Of a stretch of 64,000 bases of DNA, positions 61,169 through 64,000 are shown one piece after another. Below the pieces are notes generated by a model. The model worked only from the letters and a program-made list of their open reading frames with translations. It had not been told where the DNA came from and did no database searches. Both the position numbers and the translations under genes were made by a program. The stretch spans positions 1 to 64,000 of IMG/VR virus record IMGVR_UViG_3300044266_000273; one strand, written 5' to 3'. Origin of the DNA: a virus. Lineage: Duplodnaviria > Caudoviricetes. Within the stretch, counting starts at the first letter, position 1. Every line of letters begins with the position of its first letter.

Positions 61169-61882
61169 ATGACAGCAACAGTGATTATACCAACAACTGG
61201 TTCACCAGATTTGAAAACCTCTTTAGAGAGTGTACTAAATCAAACATACCCAACAAAATGTTATGTGGTGATTGATGGTGATAATTTTTCACCGAAAGCA
61301 AAAACAATCATCAGCAACTATCTTGGTAATAAAAACCTATACGTATGCCAACTTCCAATCAACGTTGGTGCCAATGGTTTCTATGGGCATAGAGTATATG
61401 CTGCATTCACGCATTTGATAGACACCGATTATGTACTATATCTGGACCAAGACAATTGGTTTGACAAGAATCATGTGCAGTCTTGTGTTGAAATGATTGA
61501 GTCAAAAGATTACGACTGGTGTTTTTCACTCAGAAAAATATGCGACAAAGATGGACAATATGTTTGTGATGATAACTGTGAATCGCTTGGTCGTTGGCCA
61601 ACGTATCATGGATTAAATCATATAGACACCAATTCATACTGCATCAAAACAAAAGTTGCACAATCTCTGGCGCAAGTCTGGCATGGTGGCTGGGGTCAAG
61701 ACCGAGTGTTCTATAGTGTGTTGGATAAACACTATAATAACTATACATGTACTGGTCAGTATACTGTAAATTATCGTGTTGACGGTAATCCAGGATCCGT
61801 CACATCAAGCTTTTTTATTAATGGTAACAAAATAATGAATGAAAAATATAATGGGGAATTTCCATGGATAAGAAAAATCTAA
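61169..61882 (+). CDS. Family 2-like glycosyltransferase
   Basis: TVIIPT, SVLNQTY, VVIDG, YLDQD. Confidence 0.85.
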   Translation: MTATVIIPTTGSPDLKTSLESVLNQTYPTKCYVVIDGDNFSPKAKTIISNYLGNKNLYVCQLPINVGANGFYGHRVYAAFTHLIDTDYVLYLDQDNWFDKNHVQSCVEMIESKDYDWCFSLRKICDKDGQYVCDDNCESLGRWPTYHGLNHIDTNSYCIKTKVAQSLAQVWHGGWGQDRVFYSVLDKHYNNYTCTGQYTVNYRVDGNPGSVTSSFFINGNKIMNEKYNGEFPWIRKI

Positions 61883-62730
61883 TTATTGGTGGCATACAAA
61901 ACTATAACATCAATCAAATAAAGCCTTGGGTGCTTTCAATCAATGAAGTTTGTGATAAAAATGTTGACAAGGTAGTTTGCATCAGCAATCTATCACAAGA
62001 AACAAAAACTTGGTTACAATCACAGGGATTTATTCTGGTTGAAATGGCCCAAGATTCCAGAATACCGATACACGTTTTGCGATTTCTTTATATTTACGAA
62101 TATCTCAAAGAAAAACATACCGAATATCAATACGTCATCACCACAGACGTAAAAGATGTGTATTTTCAAAAAGATCCATTTGAACACATGCATAAAATGT
62201 TGGCGAGTACCAACAAAAAACTAATTGCTGGTTCGGAAGGTATGTTGTACAAGGACGAACCTTGGGGTAACGAAAATTTACTTCAAGCTTATGGTCCATA
62301 TGTGCATGAAATTTTTAAAGATAATGAAATCTATAATGTTGGAACATTAGCTGGCCATGCAGATTACATTAAGGATTTAGTATTCAACATCTTCACCAAT
62401 GGCATCAACAGACCAATTCCTATTGTTGACCAGGCCGTCTACAACGTTCTTATAAACACACAACCATATAAAGACGTTACACTATTCTTAAAACAAAAAT
62501 CTGGATGGGCCATGCAAGCTGGAACAACAGTGGATCCATCTAAGATAGATATGTTTAGACCGTTTCTAACAGAACCTGAACCTATTTTTGAAAATGGTCG
62601 TGTGAAAACTAGAGACAAAGTAGAATTCACGATTGTACATCAGTATGACCGTGTTCCCGAATGGAAAAAACATGTGATGCAATCATATGGCCAACAAGAT
62701 GAATCTGATTATTTTATTTACAAGGTGTAA
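61864..62730 (+). CDS. GT-A-like nucleotide-sugar transferase
   Basis: RF..IYEYL, TTDVKDVYFQ.DPF, DQAVYN, HQYDR. Confidence 0.6.
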   Translation: MDKKNLIIGGIQNYNINQIKPWVLSINEVCDKNVDKVVCISNLSQETKTWLQSQGFILVEMAQDSRIPIHVLRFLYIYEYLKEKHTEYQYVITTDVKDVYFQKDPFEHMHKMLASTNKKLIAGSEGMLYKDEPWGNENLLQAYGPYVHEIFKDNEIYNVGTLAGHADYIKDLVFNIFTNGINRPIPIVDQAVYNVLINTQPYKDVTLFLKQKSGWAMQAGTTVDPSKIDMFRPFLTEPEPIFENGRVKTRDKVEFTIVHQYDRVPEWKKHVMQSYGQQDESDYFIYKV

Positions 62731-62733
62731 AAA

Positions 62734-63306
62734 ATGAGTGAAACTATTACGTTCAATACTATCGAACAAGCATTTGGTACCAAAAAAATAACAACATTTA
62801 AGTGTTCTGGTTTTGGGTTGGGTGAATTGATCAAAGACCTAAAAGACCCTGTTGGATTAGAAATTGGTTGTGATATTGGAGACACTTCACAATTTTTAGT
62901 TGAATCTAATCCTAGATTATATTTGTATTCTATTGATCCATATGAAAATTATGTGGACTGGAATGGCAGGCCATTAAATGAACGTGAAGAAGTGTTTCAA
63001 ACAATGATGAAGCGAATGGAACCACACACATTGAGATTTGAATTGGTCAGAAAAACTTCAGACGATGCTGTTGAACTATTCGAAGAAAATATGTTTGATT
63101 TCATCTTTATTGATGGTCTACACACTTATGAACAACTCACAAAGGACTGTAACAATTATTATAAGTTCTTAAAACCTGGTGGTATCTTTTCTGGCCACGA
63201 TTTCACAGCAATCGAAGGTGTAAACCGTGCCGCAAAAGAATTCGCTGAGAGTGTCAATAAAGAAATTCTCACAACAGAATGTGATGTTTGGTACTGGTAC
63301 AAATGA
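62734..63306 (+). CDS. Class I SAM methyltransferase (Methyltransf_24-like)
   Basis: LEIGC, IDPY, FDFIFIDGLHTYE, LKPGG..SGHD. Confidence 0.85.
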   Translation: MSETITFNTIEQAFGTKKITTFKCSGFGLGELIKDLKDPVGLEIGCDIGDTSQFLVESNPRLYLYSIDPYENYVDWNGRPLNEREEVFQTMMKRMEPHTLRFELVRKTSDDAVELFEENMFDFIFIDGLHTYEQLTKDCNNYYKFLKPGGIFSGHDFTAIEGVNRAAKEFAESVNKEILTTECDVWYWYK

Positions 63307-63995
63307 AAAATAAAAATTGTATTGTTTTGTCTGGTCAATATAGAACTTTCGACCAGACAAAAGAAAACATCCGTAAATTTATTGAGATTAATAATATGGA
63401 TGTATATTGTCATCTTTGGTCTATGGATACCGAAGAGATCGACAATATCAAACACACACTACAACCAAAAGCTATTTTATGCGAAGACTGGAAAAATTAC
63501 AAAGAAGAATTTGACGACATAGAAAAAAGAGTGCGGTCTTCGAATCCCAAAAATGCACCAAACGATAAAATTGCCGGAAATGCTTCTATGAATTTTAGCC
63601 GAAAAAGAGCATTTGAATTGGTTGACAAAGAGTATGAATCTCTAGTATATTGTCGTTACGATATTACATTTAAATATCCATTTGGTTTCGAATTTGCGGA
63701 TAGAGTGTATACGCCTATTGAAGAATCTTATAATTTAATTTCTGATATCTTTGCAATCATGCCATTTCAAATGGCCAAAAATTATTTCATATATGATAAT
63801 TATGAGAAGTTGCACTCAACACAATTTGAACCTGTCTTTGAAGACTACTTGAGATTCAAGAAGAATTATGGTGAAGAAAATATCCGTATACATAAGTACG
63901 AAAGGTATTGCCCACACATGATGTTACTTCGTAACCTTGTAATGACAAATACACCATTTAGCGTTGTTGATTTACCTGTGAGTTTACAAAGATGA
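63303..63995 (+). CDS. Hypothetical protein of glycan-modification cluster
   Basis: IVLSGQYRTF, DVYCHLW, YCRYD, SDIFA pattern. Confidence 0.55.
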   Translation: MKNKNCIVLSGQYRTFDQTKENIRKFIEINNMDVYCHLWSMDTEEIDNIKHTLQPKAILCEDWKNYKEEFDDIEKRVRSSNPKNAPNDKIAGNASMNFSRKRAFELVDKEYESLVYCRYDITFKYPFGFEFADRVYTPIEESYNLISDIFAIMPFQMAKNYFIYDNYEKLHSTQFEPVFEDYLRFKKNYGEENIRIHKYERYCPHMMLLRNLVMTNTPFSVVDLPVSLQR

Positions 63996-64000
63996 AAATT

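Overview
A 64-kb, AT-rich segment of a large T4-like myovirus genome. The accessory genes suggest an aquatic Proteobacterial host (inference). 1-16.4 kb: collagen-like and Gly-rich fibre genes, a tandem family of five ~350-380 aa paralogues, and neck/tail gp13-gp15. 16.4-27.8 kb: gp16-gp23 and gp3. 27.8-43.3 kb: uvsY/W, gp55, gp47/46, peptide deformylase, gp45/44/62, regA, hsp20, rubrerythrin/rubredoxin and dCMP deaminase. 43.3-47.5 kb: an array of 27 tRNAs covering all 20 amino acids, interleaved with several non-tRNA structured RNAs; one more tRNA lies at 41.1 kb. 47.5-53.4 kb: a minus-strand operon with CsgF, CsgG, a curlin-repeat protein, a FecR protein and a CHASE2 adenylate cyclase. 53.5-64 kb: gp43, uvsX, gp41 and a glycosyl/methyltransferase cluster. 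The best candidate for a new system is an unannotated 34-codon leader ORF (43334-43438) just upstream of the tRNA array. It uses 19 of 20 amino acids in its first 25 codons and overlaps a mutually exclusive antiterminator/terminator pair, i.e. a putative all-tRNA-sensing transcription attenuator for the phage tRNA array. All product calls come from motif recognition and synteny; no searches were run.
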